Positions 46,492-56,582 are shown, numbered from the stretch's first letter. The stretch is 64,000 bases of DNA from Omnitrophica WOR_2 bacterium RIFOXYA2_FULL_38_17 (GCA_001805965.1 MHHG01000072.1:429-64428), one strand, 5' to 3'. Program-made: numbers and translations. The notes: generated from the letters alone by a model not told the origin.

Positions 46492-49227
46492 ATGTTTAGC
46501 AAAGCTATAAAAAAAGTTATAGTATCGTTAATGGTTTTTGCATTTTTAGGGGCGCAAGTTTTTCCACTTTGTCCCGTAGATGCTAATGCCCAGAGTGCGC
46601 TTGTTTTGCCTTCAGCCGGAGCTATGATCCAAACAAGCCCTCCATTCAGTCCCGCAGTGATCCAAGGCATTACTTTATATCCAGAAAATCCTCTAAAGTT
46701 TGATTTTATAATTGATAAAGGTGATACCTATTTTGAATCAGAAGAATTTCAGGATGAAGCTAATAGGCTTATCAATTATTTTATGGCGTCACTGACTGTT
46801 CCTGAAGATGAGATGTGGGTCAATCTTTCACCATATGAGAAAGATAGGATTATTGCCGATGGTTTAATTCAAACGGAGCTAGGACGTGATATGCTTGCGC
46901 AGGATTATTTATTGAAACAGATAACAGCTTCTTTTATGCATCCTGATGGAAGTGTCGGGGCTGAATTCTGGAAGAAAATATATGAAAAGGCACAAGCCCT
47001 TTATGGGACGACAGAAATGCCTGTTAATACCTTTAATAAAGTTTGGATCGTTCCTGAAGAGGCGGTTGTTTATGTGCATGGAACAAGCGCTTTTGTTGTT
47101 GAGAGCCACCTGAAAGTCATGTTAGAAGGTGATTATATGGCTCTTGACAATAATTCGTTCAATAAAAAAATAGGAACGGACCAAATAGAAAAGAGAGATG
47201 TCGAAAAGATCAGTGATGTTTCATCTGCTATTGTCCGGGATGTAATCCTTCCAGAGCTTGAAAAAGAAGTCAATGAAGGAGAGAACTTTGCTACTCTTCG
47301 CCAGATGTTCAATTCGATGATACTTGCAACATGGTATAAGCAGAATCTGAAAAATAGCTTGTTTGGAGAAGCATATATTAACAGGAATAAAGTTTCTGGA
47401 ATTGACCTTGCAGAGCGGGGCGTTAAGGAAAAGATATATGACCAGTATGTAGAAGCTTTTAAAAAGGGAGTTTATGATTTCGTAAGGGAAGAATATGATG
47501 ATGCTACTCAAGAGATAATTCCTAGAAAGTATTTTTCAGGTGGGATTGTCGGACAGAAATCTGTAAAAGATACTTCTATGTTGGGAGACAATGACAAAAT
47601 AGGATCATTGTTGGATGGTGAAAATAAAGAGAAAGTTACAGTTGAGATAAAAGTTGGCGATAGAGATGTAAGTGATGCTACGAGAGCCTCTGATGCAGTT
47701 GTTTCAGACAATAGAGAGGAGTATCCACTTAGAGTTGAGGGGGATACCGGAGATTATACTTATTCTTTATCATTTGTTAATCCTAAAAGAAGAAGACCGA
47801 CAATGGTTCCAAATGCGATAGAGGTAAACAGAAAGCTTACCAGAAAAGAATTGGATGAATATAATGAACTTTCTTCCGAAGAAAAAGCAAAAAGAAGAGT
47901 TGATAGCGGCATAGAGAAGGTTGATATTGATTTGAGAAGAATCATTCATGAGAAATTTGAGGGATTTTTAACCAGGACTGATTATGTTCAGAATGTTCTT
48001 GGAGATATTGACTCTGACGTATATTTTCAAGATATAAAACATATAGACATAGAGTTTATTAGATTATCAGAGAGAGTAGTTTTCAATGTAAAAATATACA
48101 CTAAAGATGGAGGATCTGAGCCTAGTGAGGAGTTTATAGCTAAGGTAGTAAGGAAAAGAAATCAGCTTGAAGCGGGCGAGAACGAATTTGAATTTGAGCA
48201 GATTGCAGATCAGCAGGTGGAAGCTTTTGAAAAACTTAAAAGTAGAGGAGTAAGATTTGTCCCAAGGTATGCAAAAACTGTTGATGGTGTTTATTATGAG
48301 GAGGTTATTAGGGGAAAATCAATTTTGCAATATGCTGCAAGTGAAGGGTTGACAACTGAAGAGATTGAAGAGATTGCATATACGTGGCTGACTATTTGGA
48401 GGCATGTTAAGGATTCTTCGGATCCTACTTCGTCTGATCCCAAAATGCTTGACCTGAATCCTGGCAATATCATGATAAGGGAAGGGGAAGACCTTCTTGA
48501 CAGTCATGTTGTTATTGATATATTTAGCACCTCAAAGGGTAGTTATAATCCCAAGAGCCTGGTTAGAGATTTGTTGAGGTTTTATGTCTACGGCGGTAAT
48601 CCTGCAGTGACAGTCAAATCAAAAAAGTCAAATGATATTGAGCCTGTACTCGAGGGTATTTATAGAGGGCTTGATTATGACAGGGCGCAAACGATAAAGT
48701 TCCTTACGAGCATAACTCATTCGCCTGTTGTGCCTTTTAGGCAGTGGAGCGGGAAGGGGCAGGACCCAAGGATCAGTGATCTTGAGTTTTATGCAGTGAT
48801 TGAACAGTTTTTAAAAAGGGAATTTGGTTATCAAGAAACTACAACTGCTCTTGAAAGATATAACAATATAGAAAATTTTAAAGGGAATCAAAGAAAGGAG
48901 CGCGCTATTGCAAATATGAGAGCAAGAGCAGAGAATGCGACAGGGGAAAATTCAAGAAATTCATCAGATAGTATTGCGGCTCGCGGAACAGAATCTCCTA
49001 CAGCAAACCCTGGTGGTATCGACCTTGATGCTGATAATATGAACTTAAAAGTTGAAGGGAATATGTTCAATTTTCAATTGCCTGATGATTTTGAGGGCAT
49101 TGATATTAATGCAGAAGGATTTTTGCCTGTCATAATAAATATCTCACCAATTATCGATATGCCGCTTCTTCTTGGAGTTGCAGAAGATGAGGAATACCAG
49201 CCGCAGTTAAGTTATTCATTAAATTGA
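46492..49227 (+). CDS. Secreted modular protein: conserved N-domain + kinase-like (RIO/Bud32/Kdo-type) domain + PGGID C-tail
   Basis: Signal peptide (…DANA-QS). N-domain and C-tail are paralogous to 6478..13482. Cargo motifs FIAKV, VPRY…YYEEVIRGKSI, DLNPGNIM, VVIDI. Confidence 0.85.
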   Translation: MFSKAIKKVIVSLMVFAFLGAQVFPLCPVDANAQSALVLPSAGAMIQTSPPFSPAVIQGITLYPENPLKFDFIIDKGDTYFESEEFQDEANRLINYFMASLTVPEDEMWVNLSPYEKDRIIADGLIQTELGRDMLAQDYLLKQITASFMHPDGSVGAEFWKKIYEKAQALYGTTEMPVNTFNKVWIVPEEAVVYVHGTSAFVVESHLKVMLEGDYMALDNNSFNKKIGTDQIEKRDVEKISDVSSAIVRDVILPELEKEVNEGENFATLRQMFNSMILATWYKQNLKNSLFGEAYINRNKVSGIDLAERGVKEKIYDQYVEAFKKGVYDFVREEYDDATQEIIPRKYFSGGIVGQKSVKDTSMLGDNDKIGSLLDGENKEKVTVEIKVGDRDVSDATRASDAVVSDNREEYPLRVEGDTGDYTYSLSFVNPKRRRPTMVPNAIEVNRKLTRKELDEYNELSSEEKAKRRVDSGIEKVDIDLRRIIHEKFEGFLTRTDYVQNVLGDIDSDVYFQDIKHIDIEFIRLSERVVFNVKIYTKDGGSEPSEEFIAKVVRKRNQLEAGENEFEFEQIADQQVEAFEKLKSRGVRFVPRYAKTVDGVYYEEVIRGKSILQYAASEGLTTEEIEEIAYTWLTIWRHVKDSSDPTSSDPKMLDLNPGNIMIREGEDLLDSHVVIDIFSTSKGSYNPKSLVRDLLRFYVYGGNPAVTVKSKKSNDIEPVLEGIYRGLDYDRAQTIKFLTSITHSPVVPFRQWSGKGQDPRISDLEFYAVIEQFLKREFGYQETTTALERYNNIENFKGNQRKERAIANMRARAENATGENSRNSSDSIAARGTESPTANPGGIDLDADNMNLKVEGNMFNFQLPDDFEGIDINAEGFLPVIINISPIIDMPLLLGVAEDEEYQPQLSYSLN

Positions 49228-49360
49228 CCTAATACAACATAATCTAAGATTGAAATAATGAAAAAAATTATTGTTCATTTTTTTGAAAAATAATAAATTT
49301 TTAGGTTATAATCGATATTATACTAATTTATACTATTAATATTAAATTGGGAGGATTTTT

Positions 49361-50257
49361 ATGAAAAGGTTTATTTGCTTACTGATAATTATGTTATGTT
49401 TTATATCGGTTGCTTTTGCATCAATTGTTGTTCTTGAAACCGGGCAGACAATCGATGGAGAGATAACAGAAAGAAATGATGATCATATAAAAATAAATTA
49501 TGAGGGGATTGAGGTAACTTTTTATTTAGATGAAATAAGCACTATTGATAATGTTGCTGTTGAAGTGCCAGAGGCTGAAGATTATAGTGAAACAGATTCT
49601 CAAGCATATGCCGAGATTGAGCCTGAGCAAGAAGATTATTCAGCGTTTGTTGATGCGCCTGTGCAGGATAATCTGGTTGAACAGGTTGAACAGGTTGATT
49701 CAGGATCATATTTTTCAGGTGAAAAAAGCGGCCAGGTCTCACAGGCTTTAAGTAGCAGTTCCAGAGCCTCAACGGATAATGTTTTTGGTGCTCAACAAGG
49801 TTTTGGGGCACAGAAAACTATGTCTTTAAGTGAGAAGTTGGCTCAAAGAGGTATGGGGCAAGGTGAAATTCCAAGGGCAGCTTTGGGTGCCGTGTTGGCA
49901 CCTTTCATGATTGTAATGATGTTTTTATTGCTTATACTTGCAGCTAACTGGAGAATATATTCAAAGGCTGGTTATCCAGGATGGGCCTCTATTGTGCCAA
50001 TTTATAATATTTACATATTGGTGAAAATAGCCGGAAAGCCGGTCTGGTGGATGCTTTTGATGTTTATCCCGATCGTTTCGATCGTTATTTTTATTGTAAT
50101 CAATATCGGTATTGCGCAGAATTTTGGTAAAGGGATTGGATACGGATTAGGATTAACGTTTTTGCCTTTGATCTTTGTTCCTTTGCTAGGCTTTGGCAAT
50201 GCGCAATATATATCTAATCAGAAGGTTGGCAATCCTCTGGCTGACATTGCTGTCTAA
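49361..50257 (+). CDS. Exported N-domain + DUF5684-like membrane domain protein
   Basis: Signal peptide and 'VLETGQTIDGEI' small beta domain; C-terminal WRIYSKAG.PGWASIVPIYNIY…AQNFGKG.G…LGFG. Confidence 0.8.
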   Translation: MKRFICLLIIMLCFISVAFASIVVLETGQTIDGEITERNDDHIKINYEGIEVTFYLDEISTIDNVAVEVPEAEDYSETDSQAYAEIEPEQEDYSAFVDAPVQDNLVEQVEQVDSGSYFSGEKSGQVSQALSSSSRASTDNVFGAQQGFGAQKTMSLSEKLAQRGMGQGEIPRAALGAVLAPFMIVMMFLLLILAANWRIYSKAGYPGWASIVPIYNIYILVKIAGKPVWWMLLMFIPIVSIVIFIVINIGIAQNFGKGIGYGLGLTFLPLIFVPLLGFGNAQYISNQKVGNPLADIAV

Positions 50258-50308
50258 GTTGTTACAGTTCCGGGAAGGTTATGTCTGAAAATACAAAGAG
50301 AGGAATTG

Positions 50309-51754
50309 ATGGGGAAGAATAGAAAGCTTTTACTTGTGATTGTTTTTGTTTTGTTCGGATTGACGACAGGTATTATTTCTGCGAACGAAAAGGCCCAGAC
50401 AGTAGCTTCGCAACAAGAGTCAAAAAAATTCAGTGTTCTTACGATCGAGAATTTTATCGCGCTTGCTGCGACCAACGACACGGTTTTTGAGTCTATCTTG
50501 ATCGATGAGCTTGCTCTTAAATATAAGAAAGACCTTAAGCTTCCGGCAAAGGACCTGGTTTTTTCAGTTAAGAATGAATATGATATGTTCTTAAGTAAGG
50601 ACAAGGAAGACCCAAGTTCTACAGTGTCACTTAGTAAACTTTTTCCGAATACCGGCACAAGCCTGACCGCAGGTTATCAATCTACTCCATCGTTCACATC
50701 AACAACAAATTCATCAGAGTTTACGTTCACAATTTCTCAACCTATCGCTGAAAATGCTTTCGGCAAATCCACCAGGCTTTATGATCAGATATTAGGGATT
50801 GAGATCGATGTTGCAAAACACCAGATAATTGAGGCATATGAGGATTATATGGCTACGATCATAGGAGTTTATTATGATTGGTATGAGGCATATACTAACT
50901 TAATGATAGGCCAGTCTTCATATCAGGAAAATTTAAAATTGCTGGAAAATACCAAAGAGCGGGAGAAAAGCAAGATAGCCCTACCTATTGATGTAAATAA
51001 GGTCAATATTCAAGTGCTTGCTAAAAAAGAAAAGCTGAGTAATTTAACAGGAGCTTATGACAAGGCTCTTAATATTATGGTAACAGCTATTCGCTATGAA
51101 GGATCTGAGCCCTTAATACCACAAGAGCCTTTTATTTATAGCGGCAAGGAAATTGAATTCTCTTCAGAATATAACGATTTTGTGGAGAATAGCAGAACAT
51201 ATCAAGTTCTGCGTTTATTGGAGGATAAAAGTTCTTTTGAAGTGGATAAGAACGCTAATGAGCTGTTGCCTTCTATTAATCTTCTTGTGGGTTATGAAGT
51301 TAATGGTGATGATTTTGGTATTAAAAATGAGGACAATATGGTTTATGCAGGTATTTCAATGGACTGGCCAATTGGAGAGCAGATTGAGAGGGCTGAATAT
51401 GAAACTTCAAAAGTCACGCTTAGTAAAACGCGTTTAACAAAAAAAAATGCACATTTTCAGCTTCAAACTGACCTTAAGAACCTGCATCGTCAGATTATAA
51501 GGGAAAAGGAAATCATTGGGATAATTGACCAAAAGATAGAGCTTGCAGAAGCGGTTTTAGCCGACGAGACCGAGAACTATTCTTTTGGGAAGGTGACCCT
51601 TAATGATTTTATCCAGGCAGTTAATGTTTTGGATGACAATCGTTTTAGTGAAATACAACATTCTGTAGAAAAGAGAAAGCTTATAGTTGAATGGCTGAGG
51701 CTTACTGATCAGCTTATCAGAAAAGATTCAATTGTAAGAGAGGATTCAAGATGA
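50309..51754 (+). CDS. TolC-family outer membrane efflux protein
   Basis: Signal peptide; two OEP repeats (FTISQPI, LPSINL…GISMDWPI, YSFGKVTLNDF). Confidence 0.85.
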   Translation: MGKNRKLLLVIVFVLFGLTTGIISANEKAQTVASQQESKKFSVLTIENFIALAATNDTVFESILIDELALKYKKDLKLPAKDLVFSVKNEYDMFLSKDKEDPSSTVSLSKLFPNTGTSLTAGYQSTPSFTSTTNSSEFTFTISQPIAENAFGKSTRLYDQILGIEIDVAKHQIIEAYEDYMATIIGVYYDWYEAYTNLMIGQSSYQENLKLLENTKEREKSKIALPIDVNKVNIQVLAKKEKLSNLTGAYDKALNIMVTAIRYEGSEPLIPQEPFIYSGKEIEFSSEYNDFVENSRTYQVLRLLEDKSSFEVDKNANELLPSINLLVGYEVNGDDFGIKNEDNMVYAGISMDWPIGEQIERAEYETSKVTLSKTRLTKKNAHFQLQTDLKNLHRQIIREKEIIGIIDQKIELAEAVLADETENYSFGKVTLNDFIQAVNVLDDNRFSEIQHSVEKRKLIVEWLRLTDQLIRKDSIVREDSR

Positions 51755-53238
51755 AGTATATACTATCAATTGATCAGGGGACGACGGGAAGCAGGGCTAT
51801 CCTTTATGATAAGAAAGGCATGATCAAAGCTAGTTCTTACAAAGAGTTCAGACAGATCTTTCCAAAGCCTGGGTGGGTTGAGCATGACCCTATAGAAATA
51901 TGGCAAAGCGTTAAAAGCTCGATACAAAATGTTTTGAAAAAGGTCTCTTCCTCAGATATTGAAGCTATCGGTATTACGAATCAAAGAGAGACTACGGTTG
52001 TTTGGGATAAGGATACAGGCAAGCCTATATATAATGCAATATGCTGGCAGTGCAGGAGGACTTCGTTAAGATGTGATAAATTGAAAAATAAAAAGGGTGA
52101 AGTTAAATTGTTTAGGGATCTAACGGGGCTTCCTATCGACGCCTACTTCTCAGCAACAAAAATTGAATGGATCTTGAAGAATGTTAAAGGTGCTTTAGCA
52201 AAAGCGCGATCAGGAAAACTGCTTTTTGGTACGACGGATTCATGGGTCTTATGGAATTTGACTAAGGGTAAGGTTCATGCAACAGATTACACTAATGCCT
52301 CGAGAACCATGATCTTTAACATTGATAAACTAAAATGGGATGATGTGCTGCTTAAGAGGTTTAATATCCCAAAACAGATGCTGCCATCTGTTAAACAATC
52401 CTCCGGCGTGTTTGGTTATACTGAAAAAACAGGTAAGTTGAAAAAAGGTATACCGATCTGTGGCCTTGCTGGAGACCAGCAGGCTGCTCTTTTCGGTCAG
52501 GCATGTTTTTTACCGGGCACTATGAAGAATACTTATGGAACAGGGGCATTTGTTCTTCTTAACACCGGAGAGAAAAGAGCTCATTCTAAGTTTGGCCTTA
52601 TTACAACGCTAGGTTGCGGCCCAAAAGGTGAGCCCGTTTATGTTTTAGAGGGGGCAATATTTATTGCCGGAGCAGCTATCCAGTGGCTTCGAGATGGGAT
52701 TAAAATTATTTCGAATCCAAGTGAAACAATGAAAATGGCTAAGTCATTAAATTCGAATGAGGGTGTTTATCTGGTTCCAGCTTTTGTTGGGCTGGGGGCT
52801 CCGTATTGGGATCAGAACTCGCGCGGGATAATACTTGGATTGACAAGAGGGACAAAAAGGGAAAATATTGTTCGCGCGGCTTTAGAGGCGATGTGTTATC
52901 AGACTAAAGATGTTATTGAGGCTATGCAGAAAGATTCCGGTTTGAGGATCAAAAGCCTGAAGGTTGACGGTGGCGCTGTTGCAAACGAGTTTTTGTGCCA
53001 GTTCCAGGCGGATATTGCTGGCATTGATATTGTCAGGCCCAAGACAATTGAAACCACTTCTTTGGGGGCTGCCTATTTAGCCGGCCTTGCTGTAGGTTAT
53101 TGGAAGAACACTCAAGAGATCGGCAAATGCTGGATGCAAGATAAGAAGTTTTCTCCCAAAATGCAAAAGAAAGACATTCAAAAATATTATTCTGAATGGA
53201 AAAATGCTATTTCAAAAACACTTTCTTGTAATAAATGA
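51751..53238 (+). CDS. glpK: Glycerol kinase
   Basis: SIDQGTTGSRA, GITNQRETT.VW, YFSATKI.W, GDQQAALFGQ, KNTYGTG, PAFVGLGAPYWD. Confidence 0.97.
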   Translation: MKYILSIDQGTTGSRAILYDKKGMIKASSYKEFRQIFPKPGWVEHDPIEIWQSVKSSIQNVLKKVSSSDIEAIGITNQRETTVVWDKDTGKPIYNAICWQCRRTSLRCDKLKNKKGEVKLFRDLTGLPIDAYFSATKIEWILKNVKGALAKARSGKLLFGTTDSWVLWNLTKGKVHATDYTNASRTMIFNIDKLKWDDVLLKRFNIPKQMLPSVKQSSGVFGYTEKTGKLKKGIPICGLAGDQQAALFGQACFLPGTMKNTYGTGAFVLLNTGEKRAHSKFGLITTLGCGPKGEPVYVLEGAIFIAGAAIQWLRDGIKIISNPSETMKMAKSLNSNEGVYLVPAFVGLGAPYWDQNSRGIILGLTRGTKRENIVRAALEAMCYQTKDVIEAMQKDSGLRIKSLKVDGGAVANEFLCQFQADIAGIDIVRPKTIETTSLGAAYLAGLAVGYWKNTQEIGKCWMQDKKFSPKMQKKDIQKYYSEWKNAISKTLSCNK

Positions 53239-54671
53239 CAAATAAAAATTACGATATTATTATTATTGGCGGAGGGGTTGTGGGCTGCTCAATAGCTCGT
53301 GAACTCTCAAAATATGATTTGAAGATCGCTCTTCTTGAAAAAGAAGTTGAACTTGCTTTTGGGGTTTCAAAATCTAATAGCGGTATAATCCATCCCGGAA
53401 CACAGGCCAAGTCGGATTCACTAAAGGGGAGGCTGTGTGTAGAGGGTAACAAATTAATAAGAAAGATCGCAAAAGAATTAGGAATAGATTTTCAGGAGGT
53501 TGGCGAGCTTATTGTTGCGTTCAGTGAAAAAGATATTGCTAAGCTTAAAGCGATAAAGGCAGAGGCACAGAAGCTTGGTGTTGAGAATATGCGAATTGTT
53601 GGCCGGCGCTGGCTAAAGGTGAACGAGCCGAACTTGAGCAAGGATGTTGTTGCCGCATTGTTCATTCCGAGCGCCGGTATAATCAGCCCTTACAGAATGA
53701 CCTATGATCTTAGCGAGAATGCAGCAAAGAATGGAGTTGAAATATTCACTAATAATGAAGTTAATGATATTGTTTTTAAAAAGAAGAATTCCTTTGAAAT
53801 AAAGACCGCTAAGCGTGTATTTAAAACGAGGTATGTTGTTAATGCTGCTGGTTTATTCGCTGATAAGATCTCAGGGATGGTGGGCATAAATGATTTTAAA
53901 ATAACACCGCGTAAGGGGCAGGAGTTTTTGCTTGATAAGAAAAGAGAGAATGTTGTAAATCATATTATTTTCCCGCTACCGACAAAAACATCAAAAGGCG
54001 TTTTGGTCATTAAAACTTCCGACGGGAATCCAATGGTGGGCCCGACAGCCCGGGATGTAGATGACAAGGAAGACCTTTCAACAACAGATGATGGCCTTAA
54101 AGAGGTCCTATCTTCGGTTAAGCAAATGGTCCCATCAATAAATGAAAGTGACATTATTGCATATTTTTCCGGGTTAAGGCCGGTTGCCGGAGATGATTTT
54201 ATTATCAGGCATGAATCAAGTGTGCCTGGATTTGTTAATGTGGCTGGTATTCAGTCGCCAGGATTAACAGCAGCTCCGGCTATAGCTAAAATGGTTTGTT
54301 CGGTTTTGCAGAATAACGGATTAACGCTTTTAAGGAAAAAAGATTTTAAAAGATACCGAGCGCAAACGGCGCATCTTTTTAAAATAAGCAAAGCCAAGGC
54401 CAAGAAGCTTATTAAAGAGCATGAAGGTTACGGAGATATAGTCTGCAGATGCGAGATGGTATCCCGCAAGGAAATAGAAGAGGCGATAGATAGAGGAGCA
54501 ACCACACTTGACGGAATTAAATTCAGAACAAGGGCGCAGGCAGGAAGATGCCATGGCGGGTTTTGCACGACAAGGATATTAAAAATACTTTCAGAGAAAC
54601 TTAATGTGCCGATAACTTCGGTAACTAAAAGAGGAAAAGGGTCTTTGATAGTAAAAGGTAAAAGAGCTTAA
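53235..54671 (+). CDS. FAD-dependent glycerol-3-phosphate dehydrogenase-type subunit with C-terminal BFD-like [2Fe-2S]
   Basis: GGGVVG, SKSNSGIIH, GIQSPGLTAAPAIA, VCRCE…GRCHGGFC; adjacent to glpK. Confidence 0.88.
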   Translation: MTNKNYDIIIIGGGVVGCSIARELSKYDLKIALLEKEVELAFGVSKSNSGIIHPGTQAKSDSLKGRLCVEGNKLIRKIAKELGIDFQEVGELIVAFSEKDIAKLKAIKAEAQKLGVENMRIVGRRWLKVNEPNLSKDVVAALFIPSAGIISPYRMTYDLSENAAKNGVEIFTNNEVNDIVFKKKNSFEIKTAKRVFKTRYVVNAAGLFADKISGMVGINDFKITPRKGQEFLLDKKRENVVNHIIFPLPTKTSKGVLVIKTSDGNPMVGPTARDVDDKEDLSTTDDGLKEVLSSVKQMVPSINESDIIAYFSGLRPVAGDDFIIRHESSVPGFVNVAGIQSPGLTAAPAIAKMVCSVLQNNGLTLLRKKDFKRYRAQTAHLFKISKAKAKKLIKEHEGYGDIVCRCEMVSRKEIEEAIDRGATTLDGIKFRTRAQAGRCHGGFCTTRILKILSEKLNVPITSVTKRGKGSLIVKGKRA

Positions 54672-55648
54672 TGAAAGAACGTGAACTTGTAATAGTCGGA
54701 GGAGGGCCTGCTGCAATGGCGGCGGCTATTTCTGCACATGAACGAGGGGTCAGGGATATTCTGCTTCTTGAGAGAGACCAGTTCCTTGGCGGAATATTGA
54801 ACCAGTGTATTCACACTGGCTTTGGCCTTAACTATTTTAAAGAATTGCTCTCTGGTCCGGAATATGCCCATAGATTTATTGAAAAGATCAAGGGGATCAA
54901 GGATATCGAGATATCATTGCAGTCGTTTGTCACTCATTTAAACAGCGATAAAGAATTAATATATTTAAGGCCTGGAGAAATGAAAGAGGTCCGTGCCAGA
55001 GCTATTATTATGGCAACTGGCTGCAGGGAAAGGACAAGAGAGATGATACATGTCGCAGGCACGAGGCCGGCGGGTATCTTTTCAGCAGGACTTGCCCAAA
55101 AACTTATAAATTCTGAGGGGCTTCTTCCGGGACAAGAAATAGTTGTGGTCGGATCTGGGGACATCGGACTTATCATGGCCCGCAGGTTCACTCTTGAAGG
55201 CGCAAAGGTCAAGGCCGTGATCGAGATACAAAAGGAAACTAAGGGATTGGTCAGGAACGTTGTCCAATGCCTGAATGATTTTAATATACCTCTTTATTTG
55301 AGCCATAAGATATCCAGGATTTATGGAAAAGACAGGGTTGAAAAAGTTGATGTGATCGCGGTTGATGATAACTTCAATGAAGTTGATAATTCAAAATTTG
55401 AAATTGAATGTGATACGGTTTTGATCTCAGCAGGACTTATACCTGAAAATGAATTAATTGAAATGGCGCAGGTAAAAATGGACAAGAGGACTAATACCCC
55501 TATATCTGAAAAAACCAATAAGACGTCTATCGAAGGGCTTTTTGTGTGCGGTAATGCTTTTAAGATCTATGACCTCGTGGATTCAGTAACAAGAGATAGT
55601 ATTGCTGCCGGAGAAATGGCAGCGGAATACTTGGGATATAAAAAATGA
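54671..55648 (+). CDS. NAD(P)/FAD-dependent oxidoreductase (G3PDH partner subunit)
   Basis: GGGPAA, GGILNQCIH.GFG, ATGCRER, GSGDIGLIMARR. Confidence 0.88.
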   Translation: MKERELVIVGGGPAAMAAAISAHERGVRDILLLERDQFLGGILNQCIHTGFGLNYFKELLSGPEYAHRFIEKIKGIKDIEISLQSFVTHLNSDKELIYLRPGEMKEVRARAIIMATGCRERTREMIHVAGTRPAGIFSAGLAQKLINSEGLLPGQEIVVVGSGDIGLIMARRFTLEGAKVKAVIEIQKETKGLVRNVVQCLNDFNIPLYLSHKISRIYGKDRVEKVDVIAVDDNFNEVDNSKFEIECDTVLISAGLIPENELIEMAQVKMDKRTNTPISEKTNKTSIEGLFVCGNAFKIYDLVDSVTRDSIAAGEMAAEYLGYKK

Positions 55649-56001
55649 AAAAAGAGATCATATGCATAGAGTGTCCTAACGGCTGTGTCTTATCGCTTGA
55701 GATCAAAGACGGGGAGATCGTTAATTTGGAAGGTAATAAATGCGATAAGGGAAAAGTATATGCTGTGAGCGAGATCGAGAATCCTGTCAGGGTCTTAACG
55801 ACCACTGTTATGTCAGAAGGGTTATCTGTTCTCATGGTGCCTGTAAAGACAAGGGAGCCTATTCCCAAAAGCGAGCTGCTAAATGCCATGGAAAAGATAA
55901 GAAAGATAAAAGTTAAAAGGTCTGTCGAAGCAGGAGAAGTGATTGTGAGGAATTTTATGGGTTTGGGAGTTGATCTTGTTGCAACGCGCAGCGTTAGCTG
56001 A
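55645..56001 (+). CDS. DUF1667 (CxxCPxGC) protein
   Basis: ICIECPNGC…GNKC…NPVRVLTTTV; the usual third gene of this G3PDH cluster. Confidence 0.88.
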   Translation: MKKEIICIECPNGCVLSLEIKDGEIVNLEGNKCDKGKVYAVSEIENPVRVLTTTVMSEGLSVLMVPVKTREPIPKSELLNAMEKIRKIKVKRSVEAGEVIVRNFMGLGVDLVATRSVS

Positions 56002-56022
56002 TAGGGGCGATAGGGTATTTTT

Positions 56023-56265
56023 ATGTATTTACTGATCGAAGAAATAATAGTATTGCTTTTTATATTGATATCTGTTCCTGCTTTTGTTTATGCTCTTGGA
56101 AAATTGACTAAGAGAAAGCTGTTCAATAAAAAATGGATCGTTCTGCTTTATGCTCTGATTTTTTATATATTTTTTATGAACGCTGAGAAAATCATGCGCA
56201 ACATCAAGGATGATTATAAATTAATAATACCAGGTTTTAAAAGTGAATTATTGGAAAAGGAGTAA
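56023..56265 (+). CDS. Small membrane protein
   Basis: Two hydrophobic helices; sits tightly within the operon. Confidence 0.55.
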   Translation: MYLLIEEIIVLLFILISVPAFVYALGKLTKRKLFNKKWIVLLYALIFYIFFMNAEKIMRNIKDDYKLIIPGFKSELLEKE

Positions 56266-56267
56266 AA

Positions 56268-56582
56268 ATGGATTTTAAAGAGTATCAGCAAAAATGTCTT
56301 AATACTTGGTTTGGTGAACAAAAGCTGCTTAGGGCATTTTTTGGAGTTGCCGGAGAAGCCGGCGAACTTTCAGAAAAGATAAAAAAACACCTTAGAGGGG
56401 ATTATGACCTCGAGGAATTAAAGAACAGGTCAGAAAAAGAAATAGGGGATACTTTGTATTATTTGGCTGTCACTGCGCATGAGCTTGGGCTGGACCTTGG
56501 ACAGATTGCAGAGAATAATATTGCTAAGCTTGCTAAAAGGAATATAGAAGGTAAAATTAAGGGAGATGGAGATAACCGGTAA
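56268..56582 (+). CDS. MazG-like nucleoside triphosphate pyrophosphohydrolase
   Basis: FKEYQ, GVAGEAGEL.EKIKK.LR, EIGD.LYY, NIAKL..R…GDGDNR. Confidence 0.88.
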   Translation: MDFKEYQQKCLNTWFGEQKLLRAFFGVAGEAGELSEKIKKHLRGDYDLEELKNRSEKEIGDTLYYLAVTAHELGLDLGQIAENNIAKLAKRNIEGKIKGDGDNR

